Both the position numbers and the translations under genes were made by a program. DNA of 64,000 bases from an uncultured delta proteobacterium. Lineage in GTDB: Bacteria; Myxococcota; Myxococcia; SLRQ01. The DNA lies in assembly GCA_963727485.1 (NCBI GenBank), contig CAVSGM010000011.1:800001-864000 (forward strand), read 5' to 3'. The notes beneath the pieces were generated by a model. The model was given only the letters and a program-made list of their open reading frames with translations, made no database searches and was not told the DNA's origin. This document shows positions 9,311 through 19,962 of the stretch, piece by piece (the stretch's first letter is position 1; each line of letters begins with the position of its first letter).

Positions 9311-10557
9311 TCAGCCGCCGGCGTGACGGGCCTGGTCGAAGACCCGGAGGATCTTCGGCGAGGTGCGCCTGGGGTCGAGGGTGGTCTTGGGGTCCAGGGC
9401 CAGGAGGCGCTGGAACTGCTCCAGGGCCTCGCCTCGCCGGCCCAGCGCCACCAGGGCGAAGGCCAGGAGGCGCCTCGCCCGGGCCTCGGCGGGGGCCTTC
9501 GGGTGGCCGGCGAGGAACGCCCGGAGGGTCTCGACGGTCTTCTGGTAGGCGCCGTGGTGGTAGAGGACGGTGGCGGCGATGACCGGGTCGGTGGGGCCTG
9601 TGGGGGCCGCGGCCACCTCGGGGGCGGGCGCTGGGTGGGCCGGCGCCTTGGCCGCGGCCGCGTGCTTCTCCCGGGCGGCCTGCGCCCGCGCCGCCTTGTC
9701 CCTTGCCGCCTGCTCCCGCGCCGCCTTGTCCCGCGCAGCCTTGTCCCGCGCGGCCTGCTTCCGCGCGGCCTGCTTCCGCGCCGCCTGCTCCCGGGCCGCC
9801 TTCGCCGCCCGGGTCGCCGCCGCGCGCTTCTCCCGGGCCGCTTGCGCCGCCGCCTTGGCCGCCGCCGCCTTTGCCGCCCGGGCCGCGGCCTCGCGCTTGC
9901 GCTTCGCCGCCGCCGCCGCCCGCGCCGCCGCCGCGCGCTTCGCCCGCGCGGCCCTGGCCTCGGCCGCCTTCCGCGCCGCGGCCCCGCCGGCGGCGAGGTT
10001 GGCGTGGACCTCGGTGGCGTCGGTGGCCCGGTCGAGGAGCGGGATGAGGAGGATGGTCCCGGGGCTCACCCGACCGGCGCCCAGGCCGTTGTAGGTGCGC
10101 AGCAGCTTCGCCGCGCGCCGGGTCCGATAGAAGCGCCGGGCCAGCCCGGCGAGGGTCTCCCCCCGGAGCACCTGGTGCCGGAGCACCGCCGGGATGAGGA
10201 TCGCGTCCCCGGCGCCAGGGACCTGGGGTCGGCGATGCCGTTGAGCTTCGCCAGGAAGACGTAGCGCTCGCTGGACCCGAGGAAGCGCTGGGCCAGCCCG
10301 GCGAGGCTGTCGCCGTGGTGCACCACGTAGGGCCGGGCGGTGGGGAGCTTGAGGCGCCGGCCCGGGCGCACCGACGACCCGGGGAGCTTGTTGGCCTCGG
10401 CGACGTAGACCCACTTCCAGGCCGACCCGTAGGCGTCCGCGGCGATGGCCGAGAGGCTCTCGCCGTGCTGGACCACGTGGGTCGTCCCGGCGCGGGCGGG
10501 CCCCGGCGCCAGGAGGGCGAGGCCGAGGGCGGCCACCATGGCGAGGCGCCGGGTCAT
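9311..10557 (-). CDS. Secreted 3x LysM protein with Ala/Arg/Lys helical linker and TPR-like C-terminus (frameshift near 10203)
   Basis: Signal peptide MTRRLAMVAALGLALLAPGPARA; HVVQHGESLSAIA, YVVHHGDSLAGLA, HQVLRGETLAGLA; ATGA overlap with the kinase. Confidence 0.85.
9680..9800. repeat. Imperfect 15-bp tandem repeats encoding AAR(D/E/K)(K/Q) pentapeptides
   Basis: Units like cgcgccgccttgtcc / cgcgcggcctgcttc; protein AAREQAARKQAARKQAARDKAARDK. Confidence 0.8.
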
Positions 10558-11879
10558 TTGTCGCCGAGGCGGACCTCGAGGGTCCGGTGGACCCCCCGGG
10601 CGAGGTTCACCTGGAGGGTCTTGTCCCCGAGCCAGGTGTTCACCAGGCGCACCCGGTGGGTCCCGGGGGCCAGCGGGATCTCCCGGGCGAAGGGCGTGGT
10701 GTCGAAGTAGGTCCCGTCGACGTAGACCTTGGCCCAGGGCGAGACCACCACCTTGAGGTAGCCGCTGTCGGCGGTGGCCGAGAAGCTGGTGGGCGCCGCG
10801 GCCGGGCCGAGCCACCCGGCGTGGACCACGCCGATCCACAGGGACATGGCCACCAGCGCCCCGGCCCCGACCAGGGCCACCGGCCACACCGTGGGCGCCG
10901 GCGGGCCGCCGAGGTCCACCCGCTTGAGCTCCGAGTCGTGGAGGATCGCCGTGTCCACGAAGACCTCGGCCTCGGCGACGTCGACCAGCCCCCGGTTGCG
11001 CAGGAAGGTCACCAGGCGCCCGGAGTAGTTCATGGGCACGTGGCGGGCGAGGTAGCGCTCGAGGGCCTGGCGCAGGTGGCTGGTGGCGGCCCAGCGCTTC
11101 TCCGGGGCCTTCTGGAGGCACTTGCGGATGATCCGGTCGAGGGACCAGGGGACGTCCGGGTTCACCGTGCGGACGTGGGGGTAGTCCTCGTCGCGGATCT
11201 TGGCGAGGACCGTCCCCTCCTCGTCGTCGGTGAAGGGCTTGTCCCCCGTGAGCATCTGGTAGAGGAGGATCCCGAAGGAGAACAGGTCGCTCTTGAAGTC
11301 GAGGCGCGCCCCCACCACCTGCTCCGGGCTCATGTACGAGGGGGTGCCCACCGCCAGCCCGGTGCGGGTGAGGTCGTCGAAGGTGAGGTCCTTGGCGATC
11401 CCGAAGTCGGTGAGCTTCACCTCGCCCTGCCAGGAGATCATCACGTTGGAGGGCTTGATGTCCCGGTGGACCACCTTGCGGTAGTGGGCGTACTCCAGGG
11501 CGCTGGCGATCTTCAGGGCGATGATGGCGGCGACGTCCGCCGGGAGCTTCCCGCACCGGGCGAGGACGTCGTGGAGGTCGGTGCCGTCCACGAACTCCAG
11601 GATCATCCACAGCCCCTCGGGGGACTCCTCGAAGTCGTAGATGGAGACGATGTTCTCGTGCTGGAGGCTCGCCACCGAGAGGGCCTCCCGGCGGAAGCGC
11701 TGCACCAGGTCCGAGGCGCTGGAGAGCTCGGGCTTGAGCTGCTTGACCGCCACGTGCCGGTCGAGGGGGCGCTGGTAGCCCTTGAAGACCGTGGCCATCC
11801 CCCCGGCGCCGATCTCCTCCATCAGCTCCACGCGGCCCACGCGGCGCGCCCCCTCGGGTGCCTGTTCAGGACTGGTCAT
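10554..11879 (-). CDS. Membrane Ser/Thr protein kinase with PEGA-like extracytoplasmic domain
   Basis: GAGGMA, HRDIKPSN, DFGIAK, GTPSYMSPEQ; TM; PWAKVYVDG..TTP..LAPGTHRV. Confidence 0.92.
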   Translation of the reverse strand: MTSPEQAPEGARRVGRVELMEEIGAGGMATVFKGYQRPLDRHVAVKQLKPELSSASDLVQRFRREALSVASLQHENIVSIYDFEESPEGLWMILEFVDGTDLHDVLARCGKLPADVAAIIALKIASALEYAHYRKVVHRDIKPSNVMISWQGEVKLTDFGIAKDLTFDDLTRTGLAVGTPSYMSPEQVVGARLDFKSDLFSFGILLYQMLTGDKPFTDDEEGTVLAKIRDEDYPHVRTVNPDVPWSLDRIIRKCLQKAPEKRWAATSHLRQALERYLARHVPMNYSGRLVTFLRNRGLVDVAEAEVFVDTAILHDSELKRVDLGGPPAPTVWPVALVGAGALVAMSLWIGVVHAGWLGPAAAPTSFSATADSGYLKVVVSPWAKVYVDGTYFDTTPFAREIPLAPGTHRVRLVNTWLGDKTLQVNLARGVHRTLEVRLGDK

Positions 11880-12234
11880 CGCCCTCCGGGCCCCCGAGCC
11901 CGTGGTCGAGCTGGGCCAGGAAGCCCTCGATGGTCTGTACCACCCTTGGGGAAGGTCGCGTGAGGTGGATGCCCACGCCCTTGACCCGCTTGAGGGCGTC
12001 GTGCTCCACCCGGGCCACCGCGCCCTCGACCTCCAGGGGCACCAGCCGGCCGGCCACGGGCAGGGAGAAGGCGACCCGCACCCGGTCCCCCCGGCGCAGG
12101 CTCCGCCCCTCGGCCTTCAGGTGGAACCCCGAGGCGCTTACGTCGGTCACCACGTCCCGGAAGGTGCCTGCCGCCGCCTTCACCGTGGCGGGGAAGGTCA
12201 CCTGGACGCGATCCTCGTGTCGGGTACCGCCCAT
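11866..12234 (-). CDS. PilZ domain protein
   Basis: RHEDR (RxxxR) and DVSASG (DxSxxG) motifs; GVGIHL. Confidence 0.8.
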   Translation of the reverse strand: MGGTRHEDRVQVTFPATVKAAAGTFRDVVTDVSASGFHLKAEGRSLRRGDRVRVAFSLPVAGRLVPLEVEGAVARVEHDALKRVKGVGIHLTRPSPRVVQTIEGFLAQLDHGLGGPEGDDQS

Positions 12235-12365
12235 GGGGCTGAAGGTGGCATGACGGGCCGGTGGGCGCAATTGCGCCGGCAAGGTCCGGTGGTAGAGATA
12301 TCCGACCAGGAGCCACGGGGACGAGGCGACGGTCGCCTCCGAGCCGTGGTCTTTGTTTCGGGCTG

Positions 12366-14528
12366 ATGCTGCGCCTGGTCGACATCCTCGAGAAGGTCTC
12401 GAACTACCGCCCCGATGCCGACCTCGACATCGTCAAGAAGGCGTACGTCTACTCGGCGAAGGTCCACCAGGGGCAGGTGCGCAAGTCCGGGGAGCCCTAC
12501 CTGGTGCATCCCCTGGCGGTGGCGGGCATCCTCGCCGACCTGCGTCTGGACGAGGCGAGCATCGTCGCCGGGCTCCTCCACGACACCGTGGAGGACACCC
12601 TGGCCACCCTCGCCGAGGTCGAGGATCTCTTCGGCAAGGAGGTCGCCTCCATCGTCGACGGGGTGACCAAGCTCTCCCAGTTCTCCGAGAACCGGCAGCC
12701 CACCGCCGAGGAGAAGCAGGCCGAGAACTTCCGGAAGATGATCGTCGCCATGGCCCGGGACATCCGGGTCATCCTGGTGAAGCTCGCGGACCGCACCCAC
12801 AACATGCGGACCCTCGAGCACATGAAGCCCGAGAAGCAGGAGCGCATCGCCCGCGAGACCCTGGAGATCTACGCCCCCATCGCCCACCGCCTCGGCATCC
12901 AGTGGGTGAAGATCGAGCTCGAGGACCTGGCCTTCAAGTACCTGCGGCCCCAGGACCAGGCCGACCTGGTGGACAAGATCTCCACCAAGCGCCGGGAGCA
13001 CGAGAAGTACATCGACGAGGTCATCGCCATCCTCAAGGGCAAGCTCGCGGCCCAGGGGATCCCCGGCGTGGTGACCGGGCGGCTCAAGCACCTCTACTCG
13101 ATCTACCGGAAGATGCGGACCAACAACATCGAGTTCGAGCAGGTCCACGACATCATCGCCTTCCGGATCGTCACCGAGAACATCTCCCGCTGCTACGAGG
13201 CGTTGGGCCTGGTCCACTCCCTGTGGAAGCCGGTGCCCGGGCGGTTCAAGGACTTCATCGCCATCCCCAAGCCCAACATGTACCAGTCGCTCCACACGAC
13301 GGTCATCGGGCCCTACGGCGAGCGGGTGGAGATCCGAATCCGCACCGAGGAGATGCACCAGGTCGCCGAGGAAGGCATCGCCGCCCACTGGTCCTACAAG
13401 GCCGGCCAGGTCAAGGCGGACAGCCAGACCGCCCAGGGCTTCGCCTGGCTGCGCCAGCTCCTCGAGTGGCAGCAGGACCTCAAGGACCCCAAGGAGTTCC
13501 TGGAGACGGTGAAGGTCGACCTCTTCTCCGACGAGGTCTTCGTGTTCACCCCCACCGGCGACGTGCGCAGCTTCCCCAGAGGCGCCACCCCGGTGGACTT
13601 CGCCTTCGCCATCCACTCCGAGGTCGGGACCCACTGTGTCGGGGCCAAGGTCAACAACCGGATCGTGCCGCTGCGCTACAAGCTGAAGAACGGCGACACC
13701 ATCGAGATCCTCACCTCGCCCCACGCCCATCCGTCCAAGGACTGGCTCACCTTCGTCAAGACCAGCCGGGCCCAGACCAAGATCCGCAGCTACATCCGCA
13801 AGCAGCAGCGGGAGCGGTCGCTGGCCATCGGCCGGGAGGTCCTGGAGAAGGAGCTCAAGAAGTACGGGCGCTCCCTCAACCGCCTGATGAAGGGTGGGGG
13901 GCTCCAGCCGGCCGCCGACGTCCTGCAGTTCAAGACCCCCGAGGACATGATCTCGGCCCTCGGCTACGGGAAGCTCACCCCGGCCCAGATCCTCTCCAAG
14001 GTGGTCCCCGCCGAGGAGCTCCGGGACCAGCACGTCGACAAGAAGGGCGAGGGGCGTCTCCAGCAGATCTTCAAGAAGGTCGCCCGGACCAGCAAGAGCG
14101 GCATCTCCATCCAGGGCATCGACGACGTCCTGGTGCGCTTCGGGCGCTGCTGCAACCCGGTCCCCGGCGACCCCATCGTCGGCTTCATCACCCGCGGCCG
14201 CGGGGTCACCGTCCACACCGCGGCCTGCGAGAAGGTCCTCCAGACCAATCCCGAGCGCCGGGTCGACGTGGCCTGGGACCTGCGCGGCGGCACCGCCCGC
14301 CCGGTGTCCCTGCGGGTGCTCACCGCCGACCGCCCGGGGATCCTCGCCGAGCTCTCCAAGTGCTTCTCCGCCTCGGGCGTGAACATCGCCCAGGCCAACT
14401 GCCGGTCCACCGGGGACGACCGGGCGGTGAACACCTTCGAGGTCTCGGTGAGCAATCTCAAGCAGCTCCAGGGCGTCATCCGCCACCTCGAGCGGGTCAA
14501 GGGCGTCTACAGCGTCGAGCGGGTCTGA
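12366..14528 (+). CDS. relA: Bifunctional (p)ppGpp synthetase/hydrolase (Rel/SpoT family)
   Basis: SGEPY, intact HD motif LLHDTVED, RFKD, YQSLHT, TGS (TPVDFAFAIH), CCNPVPGD, C-terminal ACT. Confidence 0.96.
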   Translation: MLRLVDILEKVSNYRPDADLDIVKKAYVYSAKVHQGQVRKSGEPYLVHPLAVAGILADLRLDEASIVAGLLHDTVEDTLATLAEVEDLFGKEVASIVDGVTKLSQFSENRQPTAEEKQAENFRKMIVAMARDIRVILVKLADRTHNMRTLEHMKPEKQERIARETLEIYAPIAHRLGIQWVKIELEDLAFKYLRPQDQADLVDKISTKRREHEKYIDEVIAILKGKLAAQGIPGVVTGRLKHLYSIYRKMRTNNIEFEQVHDIIAFRIVTENISRCYEALGLVHSLWKPVPGRFKDFIAIPKPNMYQSLHTTVIGPYGERVEIRIRTEEMHQVAEEGIAAHWSYKAGQVKADSQTAQGFAWLRQLLEWQQDLKDPKEFLETVKVDLFSDEVFVFTPTGDVRSFPRGATPVDFAFAIHSEVGTHCVGAKVNNRIVPLRYKLKNGDTIEILTSPHAHPSKDWLTFVKTSRAQTKIRSYIRKQQRERSLAIGREVLEKELKKYGRSLNRLMKGGGLQPAADVLQFKTPEDMISALGYGKLTPAQILSKVVPAEELRDQHVDKKGEGRLQQIFKKVARTSKSGISIQGIDDVLVRFGRCCNPVPGDPIVGFITRGRGVTVHTAACEKVLQTNPERRVDVAWDLRGGTARPVSLRVLTADRPGILAELSKCFSASGVNIAQANCRSTGDDRAVNTFEVSVSNLKQLQGVIRHLERVKGVYSVERV

Positions 14529-14529
14529 C

Positions 14530-15126
14530 GTGGCCGCCCTCGCCGACCTGGTGGCAGCCGAGCTCACCGTCACCGCCACCTCCCTGCGCCAGCGCGTCCT
14601 CCTCGCCGGAGGCCGCCCGGTGGGCACCCTCGACCTCGACCGGGCGCCGCTCTTGCGGATCGTCGACAAGCGGTTCCGCCGGCGCCTCGCCCGCCTCGAG
14701 GTCGAGGGTCCCGAGCTCGACACGGTGTGGAAGGTCGAGGTCGGGGGCCGCCACGTCGCCGACGCGGTGCACCTCTTCCCGGCGAACCTCCTCACCCCCC
14801 AGGGCTTCGCCAAGGGCCGGGGGTTCGAGCTGCGCGACCTCAAGGGCGTGGTCCTCGGCTACACCGACCAGACCCGACAGCACCGGGGCCGCCGGGAGCA
14901 CACGCTCCTCTATCGCAACGGCAAGGGTGAGCTCCTCGCCCAGTGCACCGCCCGCAGCTTCAAGCGCCACCTCACCTTCGCCGGTCCCGACGGCGCCGCC
15001 CGCTTCGACCTGGTGCGGGGTCGCCGCCCGGTGATGTGGGAGGCGCCCTGGGTCCGCGCCGGCCTCACCGAGACCGAGCGCGAGGCCCTCGGGGGCCTCC
15101 TGGTGCTGGCGCTGCTCTGGGTCTAG
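14530..15126 (+). CDS. Hypothetical protein, possibly Tubby-C/LURP-one/scramblase-like fold
   Basis: Starts 2 nt after the rel stop; host-like codon usage; beta-hairpin pattern with a hydrophobic C-terminal helix. Confidence 0.6.
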   Translation: MAALADLVAAELTVTATSLRQRVLLAGGRPVGTLDLDRAPLLRIVDKRFRRRLARLEVEGPELDTVWKVEVGGRHVADAVHLFPANLLTPQGFAKGRGFELRDLKGVVLGYTDQTRQHRGRREHTLLYRNGKGELLAQCTARSFKRHLTFAGPDGAARFDLVRGRRPVMWEAPWVRAGLTETEREALGGLLVLALLWV

Positions 15127-15179
15127 CGTCCGGCGCCGCGAATTGACCCCGGGGGGGCGCCGTTGCTATCTGAACGCCC

Positions 15180-15569
15180 ATGAAGCGCCAGGTCATCGAG
15201 AGCGTCCAGGCCCCCAAGGCCATCGGTCCCTACAGCCAGGCCGTCGCCGTCGAGGCCCAGCGGCTGGTCTTCCTCTCCGGCCAGATCCCCCTCGACCCGG
15301 GGACCATGGAGCTGGTGGGCGCCGGCGACATCGCCGCCCAGACCCGGCAGGTGATGGACAACCTGGGGGCGGTGCTCTCCGCCGCCGGCCTCGACTTCGG
15401 CAACGTGGTCAAGACCACCATCTTCCTCGCCGACCTCGGGGACTTCGCCGCGGTGAACGAGGTCTACGGCAGCTACTTCGCCGAGCGGCCGCCGGCCCGG
15501 GCCACGGTGCAGGTCGCCGCCCTGCCCAAGGGCGCCGGGGTCGAGATCGAGTGCGTCGCGGCGTCGTGA
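15180..15569 (+). CDS. ridA: RidA/YjgF/UK114 reactive-intermediate deaminase
   Basis: [45 protein letters not shown]. Confidence 0.93.
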   Translation: MKRQVIESVQAPKAIGPYSQAVAVEAQRLVFLSGQIPLDPGTMELVGAGDIAAQTRQVMDNLGAVLSAAGLDFGNVVKTTIFLADLGDFAAVNEVYGSYFAERPPARATVQVAALPKGAGVEIECVAAS

Positions 15570-16747
15570 CCGAGGCCGTCGCCGCCGTCGCCGAGCCCTG
15601 GCGCGACCTCTTCCCCGAGGTCAGCGCCGCGCAGTGGTACGACTGGCGCTGGCAGCAGCGCCACGCCCTGCGCACCGGCGCCGACCTCGAGGCGCGCCTC
15701 GCCCTCACCGACGACGAGCGCGCCGGCCTCGCCCGGACGGCCGGGGTCTTCCGGGTGGCGATCCCGCCGTACTACTTCCGGCTCATCGATCGGGAGAACC
15801 CCTTCTGCCCGGTGCGGATGCAGTCGATCCCCGTCCGCGCCGAGGCCCACGTCGCCGACACCGACCTGCGCGATCCCCTCGGCGAGGACCCCCACCGGCC
15901 GGTGACCAGCATCGTCCACAAGTACCCCGACCGGGTCCTCTTCCTGGTCCGGGACACCTGCGCCATCTACTGCCGCCACTGCACGAGGCGGCGGATCACC
16001 GCCGGGGGCGAGGCCACCTTCGACACCCGGGCGATGGCCGAGGGCGTCGCCTACGTGAAGGCCCACCCCGAGGTCCGGGACGTCCTCATCAGCGGCGGGG
16101 ACCCGCTGCTCCTCGCCGACGCCAAGCTCGACGCCCTCCTCGGCGAGCTGAAGGCCATCGACCACGTGGAGATGATCCGCATCGGCACCCGGATCCCGGT
16201 GGTGCTGCCGATGCGCATCACCGAGGACCTGTGCCGGGTGCTCCGGCGCCACGCCCCGGTCTACGTGGTGACCCACTTCGACCACCCCAAGGAGGTCACC
16301 GCCGACGCCGCCGCCGCCTGCGAGCGCCTGGTCGACCACGGGGTCCCGGTGGAGAACCAGACCGTGCTCTTGCGCCGGGTGAACTCCGAGGCGCGGATCA
16401 TCAAGGACCTGAACCACCGCCTCCTGCGCCACCGGGTGCGGCCCTACTACCTGCACCAGGGCGACCTCGCCGAGGGCACCGAGCACCTGCGCACGCCGCT
16501 GTCCTGCGGCCTGGGCATCCTCGAGCAGCTCCGGGGCCACACCACCGGGCTGGCCGTGCCCCACCTCGCCGTGGACCTCCCCGGGGGCGGGGGCAAGGTG
16601 ACCCTCCAGCCCGACTACCTCGAGCGCCGGGAGCCCGGGGCCGCGGTGCTCCGGAGCTACCGGGGCGAGACCTACCGCTACCCCGAGCCCACCGAGACCG
16701 ACTGCGCCTGCCCCTACAGCGACGTGTTCTACGACGCCGGGGCGTGA
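15566..16747 (+). CDS. kamA: KamA-family radical SAM enzyme (lysine 2,3-aminomutase / EpmB-like)
   Basis: GTGA overlap with rid[44 protein letters not shown]. Confidence 0.9.
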   Translation: MTEAVAAVAEPWRDLFPEVSAAQWYDWRWQQRHALRTGADLEARLALTDDERAGLARTAGVFRVAIPPYYFRLIDRENPFCPVRMQSIPVRAEAHVADTDLRDPLGEDPHRPVTSIVHKYPDRVLFLVRDTCAIYCRHCTRRRITAGGEATFDTRAMAEGVAYVKAHPEVRDVLISGGDPLLLADAKLDALLGELKAIDHVEMIRIGTRIPVVLPMRITEDLCRVLRRHAPVYVVTHFDHPKEVTADAAAACERLVDHGVPVENQTVLLRRVNSEARIIKDLNHRLLRHRVRPYYLHQGDLAEGTEHLRTPLSCGLGILEQLRGHTTGLAVPHLAVDLPGGGGKVTLQPDYLERREPGAAVLRSYRGETYRYPEPTETDCACPYSDVFYDAGA

Positions 16748-16762
16748 GGGCGCGGCGACCCC

Positions 16763-17128
16763 TCAGATGAAGAGGGTGGTGGTCGCCGCCTCGCAGGCGT
16801 CGAGGATCCGCGCCAGGCCCATGACCTCGTCCACCCGGTCGCCGAGGGCCGCCACGTCGACCCCGGCGGCGGCGGCGGCGGTAGGGCACACCAGGTAGCG
16901 CACCCCCCCGAGCTTCCGGGCCTCGGAGAGGAGCTCGGCGGCGCCGGGGATCCCCCCGGGGGCCGAGGCCGGGCCCGGGTCGAGGTCGCCGGCGGCGAGG
17001 CGGCGCAGGGCCGCGTCCTCGAAGACCACCGTGGCCTCGCGCCCGGAGGCGGCGGCGGCGGCCACCAGGGCGGCGACGCTGCGGAGCCGGGGGTCGTCCC
17101 CGGCGTGGGCGAAGATGAAGAGGCTCAC
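16763..17128 (-). CDS. DsrE/peroxiredoxin-like small protein
   Basis: AAAAASGREATVVF..AL, LLSEARKLGGVRYLVC, VDEVMGL; coupled to upstream gene by GTGA overlap. Confidence 0.65.
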   Translation of the reverse strand: MSLFIFAHAGDDPRLRSVAALVAAAAASGREATVVFEDAALRRLAAGDLDPGPASAPGGIPGAAELLSEARKLGGVRYLVCPTAAAAAGVDVAALGDRVDEVMGLARILDACEAATTTLFI

Positions 17129-18112
17129 TTCAGGGTGAGGGTGTACTTCCCGCCGGCCGTGGGCGCCAGGGTGTCGAGGCACCCCCGCCCGAGGAGGGTG
17201 CCCGTGCCCCCGGTGCCGTCGTAGACGCTGAAGACCACCGCCTCCATGCTCCCCTGGGGGACCGAGTAGAGGCCCACCTGGAACACGTCGCTCCCGGTGG
17301 AGAACTGGAAGTTCGCGTACCGGGAGTAGACGGCGTCGAGGGTGGGGTCCTGGGCGTCGTGGGGGCCGGTGCCCGAGGCCGGGAGGAGCATGGGGCAGCT
17401 CACCAGGCGGCCATCGGCGGTGATCCCGCGGTAGACGGTGATCGCCGCCGACCGGACCGCGACCCGGGCGGATCCGGGCAGACCGGTGGCGTCGGCGATG
17501 AGGCCGAAGTCAATCTGGGGGGGCGGCGCCGACTCGCAGACCCCGGCGAGGCAGCTCGGGCCGTCGGCCGCCGGGCGACACTCGGGGCAGCTGAAGAAGT
17601 TGCTAGGGTGCCGCAGTCGGCGGAGGTGGCGCAGCAGGGTGGGGTGTCCCCGGCGCAGGTCGCGACGGCGACGCAGCCGGTGCCCCGACAGACCTGGTCG
17701 GTGGGGCAGTCGACCGGCGCGGCGAAGGTGCCGCCGCTGCAGGTCTGGAGCCGCGGGCCGTTGCACCGGGTCTCGCCGGCGGCGCAGGGACCGCTCCCGC
17801 CGCCGGCGTCGCCGAAGGCCCCGGCGTCCGAGCTGCCGCCCCCCGAGCCGGCGTCGGAGGTGCCGCCGGGCCCGCCGTCGAGGCCCCCGTCGGAGACGGT
17901 GCCGCCCCCGGCGCCGCCGTCGGTGAGCGCGCCGCCGTCGGTGCGCGTGCCACCGTCGGTGCGCCGCCGTCGGTGCGCGTGCCGCCGTCGGTGCCACCGC
18001 CCCCGCCGTCGGCGACGGTCCCGCCCCCGTCCACCCGGGCCCCGTCCACCCCGGGCCCGAGGCAGGCGGCGGTGGCGAGGACGAGGAGGCTGACGGCGGC
18101 GAGGCGGACCAT
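17125..18112 (-). CDS. Cys-rich lipoprotein with TDGG-repeat linker (two frameshifts, near 17963 and 17607)
   Basis: Lipobox LATAAC; TDGGTR repeats; CAAGETRC..QTC..DC..VC..GC; three ORF-track pieces join into one protein. Confidence 0.7.
17915..18000. repeat. 18-bp tandem repeat (ACCGACGGCGGCACGCGC on minus strand) with one 14-bp unit
   Basis: Visible units; the short unit causes a frameshift. Confidence 0.75.
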
Positions 18113-18166
18113 GGCCCCAGAGCCTACCCGAATCCCCCGCGGCCCGCCTCGTGCGATGATGGCCGG

Positions 18167-19130
18167 GTGAGCCCCGCTCCCACCGGAGACCACACGGCCC
18201 GACGCTTCGGCCCCTTCGAGCTTTTGGCACCGCTGGGCCGAGGGGGGATGGCCGAGGTGTTCACCGCCCGCCTCGCGGACGGCGCCGCCGATCCCTTTGG
18301 CCTCCCGGAGACCTTCGCCCTCAAGCGCCTGATGGCGGGCCTCCTCGAGGACCCCGACGCCCGGGAGGACTTCCTCACCGAGGCCGACGTGGCGCCGCTC
18401 TTGCGCCACCCGAACCTGGTGCGGGTCTTCGCCTCCGGGGAGATCGACGGCCGCGGGTGGCTGGCCATGGAGCGGGTGGAGGGGACGAGACCTCGAGCGT
18501 CTCCGGCGCCGGCGCCCGGGTGTCCCCCTGCCCGAGGACCTCGCCTGCGCCCTGGTGACCGAGCTCCTCGCGGGCCTCGCCCACCTCCACGCCGCCACCG
18601 GCACCGCCGGGACGCCGCTCGGCCTGGTCCACCGGGACGTGACCCCGGCCAACGTCTTCCTCGCCAAGGACGGACGGGTGAAGCTCTCGGACCTGGGGGT
18701 GGCGCGGCTCACGGGCCTGGAGCGCCACAGCCTCTCCCGGCAGGTGAAGGGGAAGCTGCGCTACCTCTCCCCGGAGCAGGTGGTCGCCGACCCGGTGGGC
18801 CCCGAGACCGACGTCTTCGCCGCCGGGGCCATCCTCTTCGAGCTCCTCGCCGGGCGCTTCGCCTTCGACCAGGACACCGAGCACGCGGTGATGGTCGCCA
18901 TCCGCGACGGGAAGGTCCCGCGCCTGGCGCGCCTGCGCCCCGAGCTCCCCAAGGACCTCTCGGCGGTGGTCGCCCGGGCCCTCCACCGCAAGCCCCGGCG
19001 GCGCTTCCCCACGGCCCACGCCTTCCGCGACGCCCTCGATGCGGTAGTCTTCGCCCATGGCCTGCAGCTCATGGGCGAGGAGCTCGCCGAGGCGGCGTCG
19101 GCGTGGGTGAGGGGGTCCGCATCCTCAAGG
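18167..19130 (+). CDS. Ser/Thr protein kinase (frameshift near 18483; 3' end unclear)
   Basis: GRGGMAEVF, ALKRL, HPNLV; after +1 correction HRDVTPAN, SDLGVA, GKLRYLSPEQ. Confidence 0.8.
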
Positions 19131-19892
19131 TCCCCGGGGCTCGTGGCCCTGGGGGTGCCCCACGGCTTCTCCCTGCGCGCCGGGGGGGTGAGCCAGGGGC
19201 CCTACGAGAGCCTCAACCTCGGGGCCGCGGTGGGCGACGACCCGGCCGCCGTCGCCGGCAACCTCGCCCGCCTCGCCGCCGCCGGGGGCGTCGCCGGCTT
19301 CCTCCAGGCGAGCCAGGTCCACGGCACCACCGTGCACCAGGTGGCCCCCGACGCCGACCCCGAGGCCCTGCGCCACCTCGAGGCCGACGCCCTGGTGACC
19401 ACCACCCCCGGGCGGGCGGTGGGCGTCCGCACCGCCGACTGCGTGCCCCTCCTCTTCGCCGGGCCCGGGGGCGCGGTGGTCGCCGCGGCCCACGCCGGGT
19501 GGCGGGGGACAATCGGCGGCATCGCCCGGGAGACGGTCACCTGGCTCCAGCGGGCCTGCGGGGTGGCCCCGGCGACGCTCCGGGTGGCCATCGGCCCCTG
19601 CATCCGCACCGGGTGCTACGAGGTGGACCCCGAGCTCGGCGCCCGCTTCGTCGGCGCCCTCGGCGACGGCGTCACCTGGACCCCCGAGGGCGCCGAGCGC
19701 CCCCGCCTCGACCTGGTCGAGGCCAACCTCCGGGTCCTCGAGGCCGCAGGGGTGGGGCGCGACCAGGTCGATATCGTGGGGGGATGTACCCACTGTGACC
19801 CCGCCCGGTACTTCAGCCACCGCCGGGACCGCGGGGTCACCGGACGGCACCTGTCCTTCGTGGCGCCGGCGCACCGGGGCGATTCACGGTAG
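19103..19892 (+). CDS. pgeF: PgeF/YfiH (laccase-domain, peptidoglycan editing factor) family protein
   Basis: HGFSLRAGGVS..YESLNLG, QVHG, ADALVT, TADCVP, AHAGWRG, IGPCI..CYEV, CTHC..YFSHRR; start inferred. Confidence 0.9.
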
Positions 19893-19898
19893 GATTTG

Positions 19899-19926
19899 TT
19901 GACTTGGTCCCGACCTCTGGGACAAT
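19899..19926 (+). promoter_or_regulatory. Putative sigma70 promoter of the LysM/tsaP-like gene
   Basis: TTGACT-16nt-GACAAT with TG extension. Confidence 0.5.
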
Positions 19927-19962
19927 CGCGAGCACGTGTCCCCGCCTTCCGGGAGAAAGCCC

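Noticed and set aside
15566..16747. Radical SAM enzyme as a RiPP maturase
   Set aside because: Clear KamA-family motifs; no SPASM domain or precursor peptide
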